From positions 1 through 37,831 of IMG/VR virus record IMGVR_UViG_3300007734_000656: a stretch of DNA of 37,831 nt; one strand, 5' to 3'. The stretch is from a virus. Lineage: Duplodnaviria; Caudoviricetes. Shown here one piece after another: positions 25,626-35,772 of the stretch (its first letter is position 1; every line of letters starts with the position of its first letter). The notes under the pieces are model-generated. The model was not told where the DNA came from, did no database searches, and was given only the letters and a program-made list of their open reading frames with translations. The position numbers were made by a program, and so were the translations under genes.

Positions 25626-25679
25626 GTAGTACTCCCGTTGCAGTAACCATAATGTGCCACGCGACATTTTAAATGACAA

Positions 25680-27197
25680 CTAGTGTGGTATGGGGTATCC
25701 AGACGTGTACATCGGGTGGATTAAATGCAGGCCCTTCTTGGCACGAGTAAGCCCCACGTAGAACACCCGTGTTTCATCTTCGGCGTCAAATTCTGACTTG
25801 CGCCACATGCTTTGAAACTTGCCACCACTATCTGTTGTCAACAGCACGTTTTCAGCCTCGGCACCTTTACTGGCATGAATAGTGCTAATTGTTATTCGTG
25901 GTTTGCTATCAAGTGATTCACCTTTCTTGAAGCAAGCCTTGATGTAACGCCTATTTTCTTCACTGATACGACCTAAACCTTCTTCCCACGGGAGCGTATG
26001 CAACAACCCATGATTGCTTAACAAATCACCAATGGTCAAAAACACATCATCCTTAACATTAGGCAACGTCTTATTTCCATATAAAACCTGCGTATTCATC
26101 GTCATAAACTTAAATGCTGTCCTAACATCTTTAGCTTGCATACGCTCCCCACTACGCAATGCTTCCCATACACGAATAGCCTGCAACATTTCAGGGTCCA
26201 CGCTACGGCTTGCATTAAATGTATAAAGGTGACCACGCTGACGTACTTCTTGTTCTAACCTTATTGCGCCCTTGCGCGTACGACTAAGCAAGAGCCATTG
26301 GCCTTGGTCTAAGTTTACTTCTTCGCTGTGGCGGTGCCACTGCACAGTGCCTTCTTCTGCACGGGGGGCAAACGGCTTATCACGGCGTAAGGGTATGCGG
26401 CTGACAACACGTTGGCTGACCTCATGGTGGCGTAGCGGTATTCTGTAACTTTGCCCCAACACTTCTACGTTGCCTTCTAACGTAATGAACTGTTGGATAT
26501 CGGCCCCTGCCCAACGGTAGATAGCTTGGTCATCGTCACCTGCGATGTATACGTGCGGCACGTTTACAGTAAGCTGACGTACCATCTCCCATTGTAGCGG
26601 GCTAAGGTCTTGCGCTTCATCTATCAATACAACTTCTAACCGTGGGCTTAACTTCCGCAGTACAAATTGCTCAAGCAGGTCAGTAAAATCAAACAACTGC
26701 ATTGTTTCTTTAAAGTGGCGCAAGCCTCTGTCCACATAGTCAACACGTTGCCAATCTGTTTTTAGCGGAACAGTGCTCGCGTTGTAGATACCTTTGAGTG
26801 GCTTACGCAAAATACGTGCGATATTTATTATTTCTAAAAACTTATCGCCGTAACCAAAATCTAACTGAGGGCCATCGGTACTTTCACTGTTCAATACAAA
26901 ACCACCGACCTTTAACCACTCAGCGGCTTCGGCGTAACCATCTTTGGTCATCATTTGGTTTTGGGTAATGCCCATTTGATGATAGGCAAGGCTATGTAGC
27001 GTTTGGAAAAACGGTAACTGCTTTTCGCTTAACCTAAAGCGGCCCATCGCACGCAACATGGCTTCGCGTGCGGCAACTTTCGTAAAAGCAAAATATCCAA
27101 TACGTTCTGGTGCTATGCCCTGCTCAATATGATACTCGACCAACGACAGTAACCGCGTTGTTTTGCCAGTTCCTGGAGGGCCAAGTATAATGTTCAT
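25680..27197 (-). CDS. UvrD/Rep-like SF1 helicase
   Basis: GPPGTGKTT, TLHS, DEAQD, GDDDQAIY, QSYR, STIHASKGAE, YVGLTRA. Confidence 0.92.
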   Translation of the reverse strand: MNIILGPPGTGKTTRLLSLVEYHIEQGIAPERIGYFAFTKVAAREAMLRAMGRFRLSEKQLPFFQTLHSLAYHQMGITQNQMMTKDGYAEAAEWLKVGGFVLNSESTDGPQLDFGYGDKFLEIINIARILRKPLKGIYNASTVPLKTDWQRVDYVDRGLRHFKETMQLFDFTDLLEQFVLRKLSPRLEVVLIDEAQDLSPLQWEMVRQLTVNVPHVYIAGDDDQAIYRWAGADIQQFITLEGNVEVLGQSYRIPLRHHEVSQRVVSRIPLRRDKPFAPRAEEGTVQWHRHSEEVNLDQGQWLLLSRTRKGAIRLEQEVRQRGHLYTFNASRSVDPEMLQAIRVWEALRSGERMQAKDVRTAFKFMTMNTQVLYGNKTLPNVKDDVFLTIGDLLSNHGLLHTLPWEEGLGRISEENRRYIKACFKKGESLDSKPRITISTIHASKGAEAENVLLTTDSGGKFQSMWRKSEFDAEDETRVFYVGLTRAKKGLHLIHPMYTSGYPIPH

Positions 27198-28720
27198 CAA
27201 AGCACATCTTTAGGCACAAGCGGTGGTAAATCTAGTGTTTCCATTTGCGTAGCGAAAAACGTTTGCGGCAAACTCCACACATGGATACCCTTACCTTTCA
27301 CACGCCAAAACATCTTTTCTGCTTTTAGATCAGTCAAGCGTAGCGTTATCTTGTTGCTAGTGTAGTGCGTGAAGTTGTTTACCTGTAGATGCTTGCGTAC
27401 ATCTTTAATTTGGAAATACACGCGCTCATCAACCCATACAGCGATACCTTGCAGTATTTCATCCCTTGTATCGCCCCGCGCACGGTCGCAACAAAAGCTA
27501 GCCAACAAATCTTCAAACTCACCTTTTATGGTAGCATCTGGCGGCACTTCTACAACCGTCAAATTATCTAACAACGATTGCATACGTGTTTGCCACGCAC
27601 GTTGATTAACTGTGATAGGGAACTTGTTAATTTGTGCAACGCACTCTTTTTGGAAAGCACTCTGCGTTACCAAACTTTCGGTACTCAACTCAACACGCCT
27701 ACCATCAACGTTTAATATCCATATTGGTGGGTCACCATCTATTTTAGTTAAACTGCTAAGGTCATTGTTCAACTGTCCGGGACCAACGCCAAACTTGCGC
27801 GTCATGCAAACGGCTTTATTGCAAAAGCTGGATATTGGTTGGTCTTCGCACTTGTAGAAGTAATCTTTTTTCTGCAACTGCTTGATAATGGCCCCAACCT
27901 CGTTGTGGCCTAGCGGTGGTTTCAAGTAATCCAAATTATACTTGGCAACCAACTGCTCCCAATGGTCGCTATCTGACATACGGGCATACACACCAAGGTT
28001 GAATAGTGCGTTGTTTCTACTACCTTCACCAAATCCCTGTGCGCATAGATGTTGCAAACACGGTGGTCCGTTAGGCAATAGTTCGGTGCCTGTTTTCTTA
28101 TTGTTGAACTTAAGCCCTAAAAACTTTTCCTTGCTTAGCCTACGTGTGAAGGCGTGCGTAAGGAACGCTTCTACACTCAGGCTTTGGGCACCTTCATCAA
28201 AAGCGTAGCGGGTTGTGTTATCACCGCCAAAATACGGCATGTTAAGGAAGTTGCCTGTATCGCCACGCTCAACAAGTAACTTGCTTTGTTTAGGGAAAAT
28301 TTCACTACCTGCAAATCCTGTGATAGCGGCAACTTCATTCAACTTGCCCTGCACATCTTCGGCATCGATAGGTTCTTCAAAGAAGAAAAATACATGGGCA
28401 CCACCACTCTTGCTACGGCATACAACGGCAGGAATGTTCAGTGAACCAAGTTTCTTTAACAGTGCCTTGTGATCTAAATCGTAGCTATCAATATCAATAG
28501 CACCCCAATGGCAATGGTTGTCGTCCATAATAGGAATAACGCCCAAGCCAACCTCACCCTCAAGGTGATTGACCCAATGGTCAAGCGTAGTTTCTTCCCG
28601 TAGGATTTTCGCAATACCCGTTTTCTTACCATCGTCACGACTTTTATTAACGCTAAATGTTCCGTGTGCCCTGTCATTACCTTTGAACAGAGCAAAAAAC
28701 TGCTTTGCATGTTCTTGCAT
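27197..28720 (-). CDS. Primase (AEP-like catalytic domain plus PriCT-like region)
   Basis: GAIDID, RSKSGGAH, EIFPKQ, GNFLNMPY, PPCL, EGSRNNALF; lies between SSB-like and helicase genes. Confidence 0.78.
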   Translation of the reverse strand: MQEHAKQFFALFKGNDRAHGTFSVNKSRDDGKKTGIAKILREETTLDHWVNHLEGEVGLGVIPIMDDNHCHWGAIDIDSYDLDHKALLKKLGSLNIPAVVCRSKSGGAHVFFFFEEPIDAEDVQGKLNEVAAITGFAGSEIFPKQSKLLVERGDTGNFLNMPYFGGDNTTRYAFDEGAQSLSVEAFLTHAFTRRLSKEKFLGLKFNNKKTGTELLPNGPPCLQHLCAQGFGEGSRNNALFNLGVYARMSDSDHWEQLVAKYNLDYLKPPLGHNEVGAIIKQLQKKDYFYKCEDQPISSFCNKAVCMTRKFGVGPGQLNNDLSSLTKIDGDPPIWILNVDGRRVELSTESLVTQSAFQKECVAQINKFPITVNQRAWQTRMQSLLDNLTVVEVPPDATIKGEFEDLLASFCCDRARGDTRDEILQGIAVWVDERVYFQIKDVRKHLQVNNFTHYTSNKITLRLTDLKAEKMFWRVKGKGIHVWSLPQTFFATQMETLDLPPLVPKDVL

Positions 28721-28773
28721 TACCACCCCCGTATGGTTGGCGGAGGCTATATGCCCCCGCCCAATCACCTAAA

Positions 28774-29586
28774 TTAAAACGGTGAAGAACCATTATCTTC
28801 GGAGGTCATATCAAGGTGTTCATCCTTAACCTTGACTTCACCCGCTGAGATGCTTTTGCTAAACTCAATACCCATACGGTAAAGGTCGTTATCGTCACGG
28901 TTTTCCAATACCAACTGGCGTTCACGTGCGATATCCCACCCAAACCAACTACCTTTATCGTTACGTTCTTCGGTAGTTTTAAGGCGATAAACCTGTGACA
29001 TAATGGGCATAACAAAAGGTCCATTATCACCTTTGCCCATGATGCTACGTGTAGTGGTCACCCAACTACGGCTTTTCTTCAGCTGTGTACTGCTCATTGT
29101 AATGAGGCAACGTTGCGCACCGTTTTCAGGGTGCAACAACAATACGAACCACTGCGCCGTTTTACTGAGCAAGTTGCCATTAGGCAAAATCTCCTGCCCA
29201 CGGTCATCCTTGCGGGTTGTGTTTACAATAGGGTCGGTACCCATATAGCTCGCCACGTAACCGCCGCCCTTTTCACGGGGCTTCCATTCAACAAAACGAG
29301 TATTAGTGTAACAAGGAACTACCAAAATACCTTCTTCGCCACTGTAAACTTCATTAGCCACAGTATTGTAAATCATTCCGGGTTCTGCACCCTGCACATA
29401 AGCACCATCGCGCTTATTCACTTGGGGGCTAAGTTGTGCCAGAATACGCAAAAACGGCACTGCCATATCGGCGGCAGTAACTTCTTGCATACCCAAGCCT
29501 GCAAATTCTTCAAAGCCTGATAGATCGCTTGCCGTAGCAAGTGCAGTATTTTTGGTTTCCGCAACCGCAACTGATGTTTTAGCCAT
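28774..29586 (-). CDS. Putative single-stranded DNA-binding protein
   Basis: VPFLRILAQLSPQV, FVEW, MSSTQLKKSRSW, NDKGSWFGW; acidic tail ending in PF; position in the replication block. Confidence 0.6.
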   Translation of the reverse strand: MAKTSVAVAETKNTALATASDLSGFEEFAGLGMQEVTAADMAVPFLRILAQLSPQVNKRDGAYVQGAEPGMIYNTVANEVYSGEEGILVVPCYTNTRFVEWKPREKGGGYVASYMGTDPIVNTTRKDDRGQEILPNGNLLSKTAQWFVLLLHPENGAQRCLITMSSTQLKKSRSWVTTTRSIMGKGDNGPFVMPIMSQVYRLKTTEERNDKGSWFGWDIARERQLVLENRDDNDLYRMGIEFSKSISAGEVKVKDEHLDMTSEDNGSSPF

Positions 29587-30134
29587 TACTTTCTCCTTAC
29601 TTTGGCTTTTTTACCGATATATACACCGAACAAATCCATAGGAAGCGGTGCCCCCTTTTCAACTTGTTCCTTTACAAAAGCCTTGAGGGTCATCGGTTCA
29701 ACCCACTGCTTTTGGTTTACACTATAACCACTGTCAGACAACGTATTGACAAGTGCTTTAGCTTTAGCGTCATCGTTGCGCCCAAACGTTGTGGAAACAA
29801 CATTTTTAATGAGGTCACCAAACCTGTTATCACGCAACCAATCAAACGCACGCTCAGTTTCATCTTTTGGTATTGAGGCACTGTAAAACGTGCTTACAGT
29901 AATTTCACTACCATCACCCATTTTTAATTGGCTTACGCCATGCTCTTCCATAGCGGAAGGTAGTTCTTCTTCAGCTATTTCACGCAACTGACGTGCAACA
30001 TCTTTTTGCTCTTCTTCTAATTGAGCTAGCCTTGCTTCCAAGGCAAGTTGCATCTTAACCAGTTTAGCAATGCGGCCTATAGCATCATCGCCTAACTTGC
30101 TAAGTTCGTCAGCCGTTTGTTCAAAATCTAACAT
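29586..30134 (-). CDS. Conserved replication-module protein (coiled-coil N-terminus)
   Basis: LP.AM, AFDWLRDN.FGDLIKN, VEPMTLKAFVKE motifs. Confidence 0.75.
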   Translation of the reverse strand: MLDFEQTADELSKLGDDAIGRIAKLVKMQLALEARLAQLEEEQKDVARQLREIAEEELPSAMEEHGVSQLKMGDGSEITVSTFYSASIPKDETERAFDWLRDNRFGDLIKNVVSTTFGRNDDAKAKALVNTLSDSGYSVNQKQWVEPMTLKAFVKEQVEKGAPLPMDLFGVYIGKKAKVRRK

Positions 30135-30142
30135 TCAGCCTC

Positions 30143-30454
30143 CTACTTTTGATACAGGTTGACATTTATCGGGTAATACCTTTGCTCCAAACGGTCCCAT
30201 TTAAGTACCTTAAAACGACCATTGTTACTGACTGCCGCAAGTGCGCACGCTACCCCTATACAAACGGGGTCACCTGCAAGCATAAGGAAATCATTGTCAT
30301 TGAACTTTGACAACTTTCGCTCCATACGCTTAACCAGTGGTCCTGATGATAAGGCAATTTGCTCCTTGGCAGGAACAAGTATGTCTAGGTCACCAAAGCC
30401 CAAAGCATCGGTAAGATCCCGCCCACGAACTTCTTGAGTGATGTAAACGGTCAC
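30143..30454 (-). CDS. Conserved phage hypothetical protein
   Basis: VYITQE, DFLMLAGDP, LKWDR..Y.P; GGGGAG RBS. Confidence 0.7.
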   Translation of the reverse strand: MTVYITQEVRGRDLTDALGFGDLDILVPAKEQIALSSGPLVKRMERKLSKFNDNDFLMLAGDPVCIGVACALAAVSNNGRFKVLKWDRLEQRYYPINVNLYQK

Positions 30455-30598
30455 GGCTTTCTCCCCATGCCCAACTACTATGGGCCATAGAAACTAGGAT
30501 AGCAAGCACTTTGCTTAATAGGTCCAAATTTTAAAATGGAACACAACAAATTTATTTTTGCGCCGCTATACAATATCTGACTATATCGCTATCTGACC

Positions 30599-30624
30599 AC
30601 TTTTTTGCCCCCCGCGCACGCGTG
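30599..30624 (+). repeat. 26-bp GC-rich element, inverted copy of 9575-9600
   Basis: 23/26 identity; lies in the divergent intergenic gap. Confidence 0.75.
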
Positions 30625-30674
30625 CGAGGATGTTTGTGTAGTGTAGCCTTGGAAAAACCCGCCTAATAGTAAAG

Positions 30675-30703
30675 TTGTCCATAGGGTTGAACAGTGGTAA
30701 TAT
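30675..30703 (+). promoter_or_regulatory. Sigma70-like promoter TTGTCC-N17-TAATAT (TG-extended)
   Basis: Upstream of the AGAAAGGG RBS of the SNF2 gene. Confidence 0.6.
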
Positions 30704-30733
30704 AGTCACAGCCGTAAGAAAGGGCAGTGGTAC

Positions 30734-32173
30734 ATGTTACGTTACAAATTTAAGCATCAGCCGTATGCGCATCAATTAACGGCGCTTGAGCGTAGTTGGG
30801 AACGCCCCGAATACGCCCTGTTTTTAGAAATGGGAACAGGCAAAAGTAAAATCATTATTGATACAATAGCCATGCTCTACGATGAAGGTCGTATCGAAGG
30901 CGCTTTGATTGTAGCTCCCAAAGGCGTGTATAAAAACTGGGAGCAAAAAGAATTACCCGAGCATTTGCCTGCGCATATTGATGCACAAATTATTACGTGG
31001 TCGCCTGAGCAAACTCAAAAGAAAAAGAAAGACCTTGAACGGGCGTTCGAGCGCGACGAATCACTCAAATTGGTGGTTATGAACGTAGAGGCGTTTAGCA
31101 CTGAAAAAGGTTGTACTTTTGCAGAAACGTTTCTTAGGTTGAAAAAAGTGCTTATGGCAGTAGATGAAAGTACAACAATCAAAAACCGCACTGCCAAGCG
31201 AACCAAAAGCCTTGTAAAGTTAGGTACCAAGGCGGCGTATCGGCGTATTGCTACAGGCTCACCTGTTACGCAAAGCCCGTTGGACCTGTACAGCCAGTGC
31301 GAGTTCCTTGATCCATGGGCCTTGGGCTATAACAGCTATTGGGCTTTCCAAAGCAGATACGCCCGTATGGTTAAACGCTCACTTGGCTCGCATAGCTTTA
31401 ACCAAATTGTAGGCTATCAGAACCTTGATGAGCTAAGCAAAAAGATCGAAGAGTTTAGTTACCGTGTGCGTAAAGAAGATTGTTTGGACTTGCCGGATAA
31501 AATCTACACCCGCCGCACGGTGGAGTTTACCGATGAGCAGGCCCGTATATATGCCCAAATGAAAAACCTAGCTCTGGCTGAGTTAGAAGGTCAGTTGGCA
31601 ACGGCCCCTAATGTGCTCACCCAAATACTACGGCTCCAACAAGTGTGTAGCGGTTTTGTGCGCATGGATGATGGCACCACAAAGCGGTTTCCAACCAATA
31701 AACTAAACGAGCTAAAAGCTGCGTTAGAAGAAGTCGACGGCAAGGTGATTATATGGGCTACGTTTACCAATGATCTATTGGAAATTGAAAAACTGCTCAA
31801 AGAAGAATACGGTAACGATTCAGTAGCCCTGTACTACGGTGATACTGATGTAGAGCAGCGCCAACAAACAGTGAAAAACTTTCAAGACGCTGCCCATCCA
31901 CTAAGGTTTTTTGTTGGGCAACCCCGTACAGGCGGCTATGGATTAACGCTTACTCTAGCCAAAACGGTGATCTACTACAGTAACAACTATGACCTTGAAA
32001 TAAGGTTGCAAAGCGAAGATCGTGCCCACCGAATCGGGCAGAAAAACAATGTTACGTATGTGGATATTGTAACTGAAAATACTGTAGAAGAAAAAATACT
32101 AAAAGCCCTGCGGGGTAAAATCAATCTAGCCACGCAGGTGCTTAACGAGGACTACAAACAGTGGATTGTTTAG
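30734..32173 (+). CDS. SNF2-family helicase/ATPase
   Basis: EMGTGKS, VDES, TGSP, LRLQQ, GGYGLTL, QSEDRAHRIGQ. Confidence 0.92.
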   Translation: MLRYKFKHQPYAHQLTALERSWERPEYALFLEMGTGKSKIIIDTIAMLYDEGRIEGALIVAPKGVYKNWEQKELPEHLPAHIDAQIITWSPEQTQKKKKDLERAFERDESLKLVVMNVEAFSTEKGCTFAETFLRLKKVLMAVDESTTIKNRTAKRTKSLVKLGTKAAYRRIATGSPVTQSPLDLYSQCEFLDPWALGYNSYWAFQSRYARMVKRSLGSHSFNQIVGYQNLDELSKKIEEFSYRVRKEDCLDLPDKIYTRRTVEFTDEQARIYAQMKNLALAELEGQLATAPNVLTQILRLQQVCSGFVRMDDGTTKRFPTNKLNELKAALEEVDGKVIIWATFTNDLLEIEKLLKEEYGNDSVALYYGDTDVEQRQQTVKNFQDAAHPLRFFVGQPRTGGYGLTLTLAKTVIYYSNNYDLEIRLQSEDRAHRIGQKNNVTYVDIVTENTVEEKILKALRGKINLATQVLNEDYKQWIV

Positions 32174-32682
32174 GCAACCATTCTAAAAGCGGTTTCTTCT
32201 ACTTCAGCTACGCGCTTATTCCAACCTCTGCCAAACGTGCCCCATGTGGGCAATGATTGTAAAAACGCGAGGCGCTTTTCGCATACCGCAGTTGCAAGAT
32301 CACGTGGATTGTGTTGGGCAATAGCCGCTAATGTCGCTGGTCCGATAACACCATCTTGAGCAACACCACAAGCGGCCTGTAGAAACTTGACGGCACGACT
32401 AACACCACTATTAACAGCAAGATCAAACACAGAATAGTCAACACCTGTCGGTAGATCATCTCCACGGACACGGTCCCAGTAGTTTTTCTTGTAGAGCGGC
32501 GCGACATCTGTTGGCCCCAACGCTCGCATTGCTGCTTCGTCTACAGTATGACCAACCCACTCTTCCCAAACTTTTTTGGTAACGCCGAGGTTAGTCATGC
32601 CTCCTGGATCTTTTGGATTATTAACATAACCGCCTTCGTGTTTAAGCACCAAGGCCAAGCATTGTTCAAAATTATCTTTCAT
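32170..32682 (-). CDS. Glycoside hydrolase family 108 lysozyme with peptidoglycan-binding domain
   Basis: HEGGYVNNPKDPGGMTNLGVT, FDLAVNSG, DGVIGPATL, FGRGW..RV. Confidence 0.93.
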   Translation of the reverse strand: MKDNFEQCLALVLKHEGGYVNNPKDPGGMTNLGVTKKVWEEWVGHTVDEAAMRALGPTDVAPLYKKNYWDRVRGDDLPTGVDYSVFDLAVNSGVSRAVKFLQAACGVAQDGVIGPATLAAIAQHNPRDLATAVCEKRLAFLQSLPTWGTFGRGWNKRVAEVEETAFRMVA

Positions 32683-35600
32683 TGTTGCGCACTACGGTTG
32701 CTGATTGCTGTGCCTAATGGATCATTAGGAAACAGTGATGGATAATCGACCCTGCCTGCTCCACCTTGTGGAGCTGGTGCAGCAGGTGCGGGCTGATTGA
32801 ATGGGTTACTTGGGCTAGGGTCAGATTCAGGGAATGTAACAGTAACATTCGGTGTAGCCTTTTGCGGAAGTGGCTCATTCAAAAACGGTGGGAGTGAATT
32901 TATATCGTTAGGCGCTGCTGGAGTGCGGGTTGCGCCTTGGGGTAAGAAAAGTTCCTTGGGTATTGGAACATCTTCAACAGGACGTTCTTCTTCGTAGGGC
33001 TTGCCATCTGGTTGCAAACCAACACTTAGCATCCAAGCCTTCATGCGGTTAGCTTGTTTTTGCGTAGGCATACCATCGCCTGCAGAACGTTCTGCAAGGT
33101 CACGGGCAAGGTTACTATCAACAAGAACTTCGCTCATAACTTTGTTATAAGCCGCACGTTGACGCGTGCTAAGAAGTTTACCGCCAAAAGCCAAAGCTAA
33201 ATAGCTTTCTTTTACTTGACCACGTCCTGCCGCCGCAACGGCGTTCGCTAAACTTGCAGCAGTGATACCCGTGTATTTTGCGAATTTTTCCAACCCGCTC
33301 ATGGCTTCTAAGGGCATACCATCCAAACCTTCTTGCGCGTAAAGCGCGAGGCCCATGCCCTTAGCCGTGGTCATCATACGGTTATAATGCTCATCGCCCA
33401 TTGCCATTTTTAATGAACGTTCATGGGTTTTTGCAAACTCCATAAATTTTCCTGGATCACGGATATCGTTTGTTTCAAATGCACGCGTCCATACAGCACG
33501 TTTAATTGCTTCGGTTAAATTAGGATCTTCTGCTTGTGCAGCACGATCTGTAATCGTTTTCATCATTTTAGGATCTTTGATCGCCGCATCGATGAATTCT
33601 TCCGGCGAATAAGTTCCGTCTGTGATATTATTCAACAAACGATTAGCTTTGTCACGACCAATAGCCGCAGCTCTATCTTTAAGCTCGGCAGAGCGCATTC
33701 CAAACAATTTGGAAAGATTTTGGATATTTTCCAAATCCCCTTTTAAGCCTAGCGTGTCTAACACTTCACGATTTTGGTTGACAAACGTTTGCAGTTTAGT
33801 TGGATCAACTGTACCTTCGTAAGGGCCTGATTTACCAATAACCCGTTCACGCGCACCATCTAATATAACATTACGCATAGAATTTACCGCTTCTGGATTA
33901 TCGCGGTACAAATTCATAAAGTCTTTTGCGTTTTCAACATTACGAGTAAACGCATCGGCTACAGCTTCATCGCTTGTAAGATAACGGGTATCTCCAGGAC
34001 GTGATGCAGGGCTAGGGGTTGTTACCTCATAGGCTACGCCACGCTCAAAAGGTTTGGCATATTCATTTGCATAACGAGTTTTAAACGTGTTCCAATTTTT
34101 GTTGGCACCGTAAAACATATTGCCAAATTGATCAAGATCTTCTTTGAACTTTGTCAAATTGACAATGTCGCTAGATTGCTTATTAGCAATAGCAGCAGAA
34201 AGTTCATCAGAAACTTTATCACGATAACGTTTCCACGTTTGAAAAGTGATTACGTTATCTTCAGATGTTGCAAAATCACGAATGACCTTGGGCAAATAAC
34301 GATCGGTATCGTTTTCAAGAAAATACTTATCCCGAATATGCTTTTTTACAGGGTTCATTAACGTTCCAGGATCGGCTTCGTTAATACCAATTTCATCTGC
34401 AAACGCATCTAACTCTTTTTTCTTTGCTTCTTTTGCATCAATCAAAGCCTTACGAATAACTGCACCTTCTTCGGCACGGCTACGAGCCATTGGTAAACGA
34501 GCAGCAATATCTTCGCCTTGAGTACGAAGTTCTTCCAAACCAATTTGTTGAAGCCGTGCTTCAGTATCTGCTGCTGACTGCAACTGTGTAACAACCGCTG
34601 TGGGGGCAGTTTCATCTACAAGATTAGCATCATTGGAATAGTTAATGATCCGTGAAACATTGCCCTCAGTGCGTTCACGAAAAGCGCGTGCTTTATCACC
34701 TGCGGCACTTCGTTGAGCAGCTTCTTGAGCAACACGCAAACTAGGATCTTGCGTCATTTCAGCAGGACTTAACTCAAGCGCATAGCCTGCTTCCCTAAAT
34801 TGGTTCATAATCTCTTCGGCTTCTTGTAGGCGCCCCGCTTTACGTGCCTCCTTAAAAGCCTTTAACATTTCGTTTCCGATTTCAGTTTCAGCCTCGCGGC
34901 GCATATTAGCCTCGCCAGCTGAACCCGGAATCATACGATAGCCCCAAGAAATAATGTTTCTAGTGGGGCTCCATTTATAAATAAATTTAGCTACTGCCGG
35001 AGCTACCGCAGGAACCATACCCCCCGCAAGATCACCAAGACCTGTGCGGTATCCTGTAAGTTCATGTTCTGCCGTACCTAATGCACCTGAAGCTGCGCCA
35101 CCTGCGATTTCGGATGCCAATACTCGAGCAGGCATACCTTTAAACGCAGTGACATATTCCTGCGCTGCTTTTTGAAACATTGGTCCAAGGGCCTTTGTTC
35201 CTGTTTGGGTGAGGTAACGTTGCTCGATACCCTCTACCATTGGAGCAGCGAGGTAAGCACCTTCTTTAGACGCCGCAGAAGCTAAAGCTGGAAAAGCAGG
35301 GGCATAGGCCGTGGCCTCACCTGCTCCCGCAGCTACTTTTTCACCAAGCGTCTCAGGTTTTATTTGTTCGCCTTTACCTAGGCTAAAAATACCCAACAAT
35401 TTATCGCGTTCAGGGTAATTAGCGGAGTTAAAAAACCGCGTAAGAATATTGCGGTTTTCTTGTGGATCATCTGAAACCCGACTAAGCAAGCCTGCTTTTT
35501 CAGCAGCAAAAGCACCTGCGTTCAACGCTGCATCAGGCAATGCCAAAACGGCATTATTGAATGCACCGAAGTATGCCCGTTGTAGGCCAAGATCACCTTC

Positions 35601-35762
35601 GCTTACTTTACGTCCAGGAAGATACGCCTCATCAGGCGCAGTCATAGTACGCCCACCTGCTTCCATAGGCGGAAGTTGGAGGTCTGCTTGTGAGGCACTA
35701 GGCGATTGATTAGTGGCTTCTTCTACTAAAACGCCACCTAACGGATCTACATCATTAGCCAT
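32679..35762 (-). CDS. Large putative internal virion (ejection) protein
   Basis: 1027 aa, helical Ala-rich, Gly/Ala hydrophobic stretches, Pro-rich tail ending YPSLFPND; end of the structural operon. Confidence 0.6.
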   Translation of the reverse strand: MANDVDPLGGVLVEEATNQSPSASQADLQLPPMEAGGRTMTAPDEAYLPGRKVSEGDLGLQRAYFGAFNNAVLALPDAALNAGAFAAEKAGLLSRVSDDPQENRNILTRFFNSANYPERDKLLGIFSLGKGEQIKPETLGEKVAAGAGEATAYAPAFPALASAASKEGAYLAAPMVEGIEQRYLTQTGTKALGPMFQKAAQEYVTAFKGMPARVLASEIAGGAASGALGTAEHELTGYRTGLGDLAGGMVPAVAPAVAKFIYKWSPTRNIISWGYRMIPGSAGEANMRREAETEIGNEMLKAFKEARKAGRLQEAEEIMNQFREAGYALELSPAEMTQDPSLRVAQEAAQRSAAGDKARAFRERTEGNVSRIINYSNDANLVDETAPTAVVTQLQSAADTEARLQQIGLEELRTQGEDIAARLPMARSRAEEGAVIRKALIDAKEAKKKELDAFADEIGINEADPGTLMNPVKKHIRDKYFLENDTDRYLPKVIRDFATSEDNVITFQTWKRYRDKVSDELSAAIANKQSSDIVNLTKFKEDLDQFGNMFYGANKNWNTFKTRYANEYAKPFERGVAYEVTTPSPASRPGDTRYLTSDEAVADAFTRNVENAKDFMNLYRDNPEAVNSMRNVILDGARERVIGKSGPYEGTVDPTKLQTFVNQNREVLDTLGLKGDLENIQNLSKLFGMRSAELKDRAAAIGRDKANRLLNNITDGTYSPEEFIDAAIKDPKMMKTITDRAAQAEDPNLTEAIKRAVWTRAFETNDIRDPGKFMEFAKTHERSLKMAMGDEHYNRMMTTAKGMGLALYAQEGLDGMPLEAMSGLEKFAKYTGITAASLANAVAAAGRGQVKESYLALAFGGKLLSTRQRAAYNKVMSEVLVDSNLARDLAERSAGDGMPTQKQANRMKAWMLSVGLQPDGKPYEEERPVEDVPIPKELFLPQGATRTPAAPNDINSLPPFLNEPLPQKATPNVTVTFPESDPSPSNPFNQPAPAAPAPQGGAGRVDYPSLFPNDPLGTAISNRSAQQ

Positions 35763-35772
35763 TTACTGCCCC

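Noticed and set aside
483-30437. Numerous plus-strand ORFs in the track (e.g. 1787-2389, 6278-6802, 23654-24163)
   Set aside because: Antisense shadows of well-supported minus-strand genes, with no recognisable motifs
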